Origin: Chrysomallon squamiferum
Taxonomy: Eukaryota > Animalia > Mollusca
DNA length: 64,000 bases
NCBI GenBank assembly: GCA_012295275.1
Contig: CM022672.1
Span: 4,402,001-4,466,000, forward strand
Direction: 5' to 3'
Shown here: piece after piece, positions 61,943 through 64,000 of the stretch
Layout: the number at the start of each line of letters is the position of its first letter
Position numbering within the stretch: position 1 is the first letter of the stretch
Position numbers and translations under genes: made by a program
Notes under the pieces: model-generated
Told to the model about the DNA's origin: nothing
The model's database searches: none
What the model saw: only the letters and a program-made list of their open reading frames with translations

Positions 61943-63403
61943 GTATGCCTACAAATTAAAGTTAATAATAATGATGATGATGATGAGGATGAAGATGATA
62001 ATCATCATTATCATCATAAAGTAAAGATAAGAAATCGAATACCCGTGTTGATGAAAGCGGAAAGTAATAAATCGTAAATGTATTGAAGTTAAAAGCCTAG
62101 CTAATACATAAAAGGCAATTAAAATTATTATTAAAATAACAAATTGAAAAAAAAAAAAAACAGAATGATTTAATTGGATAATCCATACTCAAATTAATTA
62201 TACGAGCTGAGTTAAAAAAAAAAAGAAAAGAAGAAAAAAAGAGTTTAGTTCGTGTACGCTGAAAGCGAACGTTCTGCGTTCTATTGTTCTGTCATTACGT
62301 CTGCAAGTCCTCGAGGAGAGGAAAACACCACTAAGTGCTACAAAATTGTTACGCTTTTAACCGCCAATTAAATCCTTATTCTTAGTAAACAACCTAATAT
62401 GCACTACTTGTGTAAAACAAAACCTTCCATTAGAGCGATCGCGTAAGTCTGCTTAAGAGGTTTATCCGCTACTGGGGTCATTATAATCACAATGGCTTGG
62501 ACATTAACCCTTTCAGGAACGCGGCAGGTCATACAGTCGTGTTTATATAAACATGCTGGGTACGTTAGGTCTAAATTTCAATTTGCATAGTCACTAGTTT
62601 GCAATCAGACGTCGCAGACGATACTTCAGAACGCGAAGTGAAATAAACATGTCTTGCACTAGGTCAATGTGTTGAACACTTTTTTTTTTTGTATTCAGTT
62701 TATAGTAATTTCTCTTTGATCTGTTGTACTACTCATCAGAATTTATAACATGAATTAGTTGTTAATTTTTAATTCAAAATCGATACCTATTTGTTATTTT
62801 TAAATGATGAACAAAGATAGTAAATTCATTATTTCAAGACGTGTAATACATATTAATTATCCTGTTTTGTCCTTTTAAAAACGAAACAAAAACCTTCTTA
62901 ATTAATTTTTAAAGTGTTAAATTAACGAATATTAATTATTATTACAATAAAGATCTGTGTTTGAAATATTCATTAAACAATTAAAAAGTAAGTTTTAATA
63001 CGCGATCATTTGGTTTAATGTCTACATCGCATTCTCGTAATAACACATTTTATACTGTCGCTTCCAGAACTGTTCAGCTGATAAACAGAAAGGCTGGAGA
63101 AAAGATTAATACGTATGAAAAATAACTACTTTTAGTGTATTATAGTATGCATCAATATGCACCAAAAAGACATGTGCTGGCGTGCGCGCGCACACATGGA
63201 CACACACACATACATATATATAATGTTTTTAAACATTTTAATGATTAGCTGATGCTGAAGACCAATCCAGATCTTACGAATAATAAGGAAATGCATATCA
63301 TACCATTCTTTTTCTTAACGCTATCTCTGCAAGTAGTACAACATTAAGAAACGAAATTAAGTTATTTTAGTTAGTTACTATTTCACAACTTAAAATTCAA
63401 GTC

Positions 63404-63451
<48 letters not shown>

Positions 63452-63784
63452 TAAACAATTTTGAAATCAAAAGATGGAAAAAACTCAACTTTGTCATTTT
63501 AGTGTTTAAGACCGTTTATATATTTAGGTTTGGCGTCTTTAATTCCGGTTATCTTGATACTATCTGGAGTATCAGTGTGGGTGTATCTTGATGACATTTT
63601 GTATATGGGATACTTAGAGCTACTACTTGACACCTTTACAAGTAGAAGTAAAAACTGGCTCCTGTTATACTGACGTTTAAAAACCTATTAACGTTCTAAA
63701 TTTGGTTATTTACAAGCAGTTCTCTTTAAGTAACTGGATACGTTTAACAATTCATACAAACGTAACAGCTTCAAAAACGAAATA

Positions 63785-63900
63785 TATTAACGGAAGCCAT
63801 GTCATAGACGTGCAGTTTCGAGCCTAAGAACGGAAGTAGTTCTGTTTGTGCATTTCCGACACTGATTTGTCCCTGAACATTGATCTTCCATTTGGAAGAT
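63785..63900. promoter_or_regulatory. Possible promoter of a gene beyond the window edge
   Basis: Two AACGGAAG (ETS/GABP-like) motifs at about 63789 and 63829 in a CpG-containing block. Confidence 0.25.
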
Positions 63901-63960
63901 CTTATTCCATTTTTTTTTTTTTTTTTTTTACCACGTTAAAAAAATTTTAAAAAAAAAAAG

Positions 63961-63991
<31 letters not shown>

Positions 63992-64000
63992 AAATTAGTT

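Noticed and set aside
62504-62525. TTAACCCTTTCAGG, piggyBac-like terminus (also AAGGGTTAA at about 10733)
   Set aside because: No matching partner TIR found nearby; too short to support.

Overview
AT-rich, microsatellite-dense metazoan genomic DNA with spliceosomal introns. It is probably an invertebrate such as a mollusc (inference); it is not prokaryotic, and most ORF-track entries are simple-repeat artefacts. Five intron-containing genes can be rebuilt by hand from splice sites and protein motifs: (1) the last two exons of a DUSP1/4/5-like MAPK phosphatase (+, 3466-4499); (2) FRA10AC1 (+, 13788-18609), with a U12-type minor intron; (3) ELAC1/short RNase Z (+, 20640-24576), with a GC-AG intron that the reading frame requires; (4) a type II PI 4-kinase (+, 26616-46575); (5) a SAXO/Mn-motif-like microtubule-binding gene (-, about 54363-60378). 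The most striking feature is in PI4K2. It has two paralogous alternative first coding exons 6.6 kb apart, each in its own CpG-retaining region. Each encodes its own N-terminal tail and ATP-binding glycine loop, and both splice in phase 0 to the same kinase core. The last PI4K2 exon is frameshifted, probably an assembly error. Several small DNA-transposon relics are present: a hAT MITE with TSD, Tigger/pogo remnants and an inverted-repeat element.
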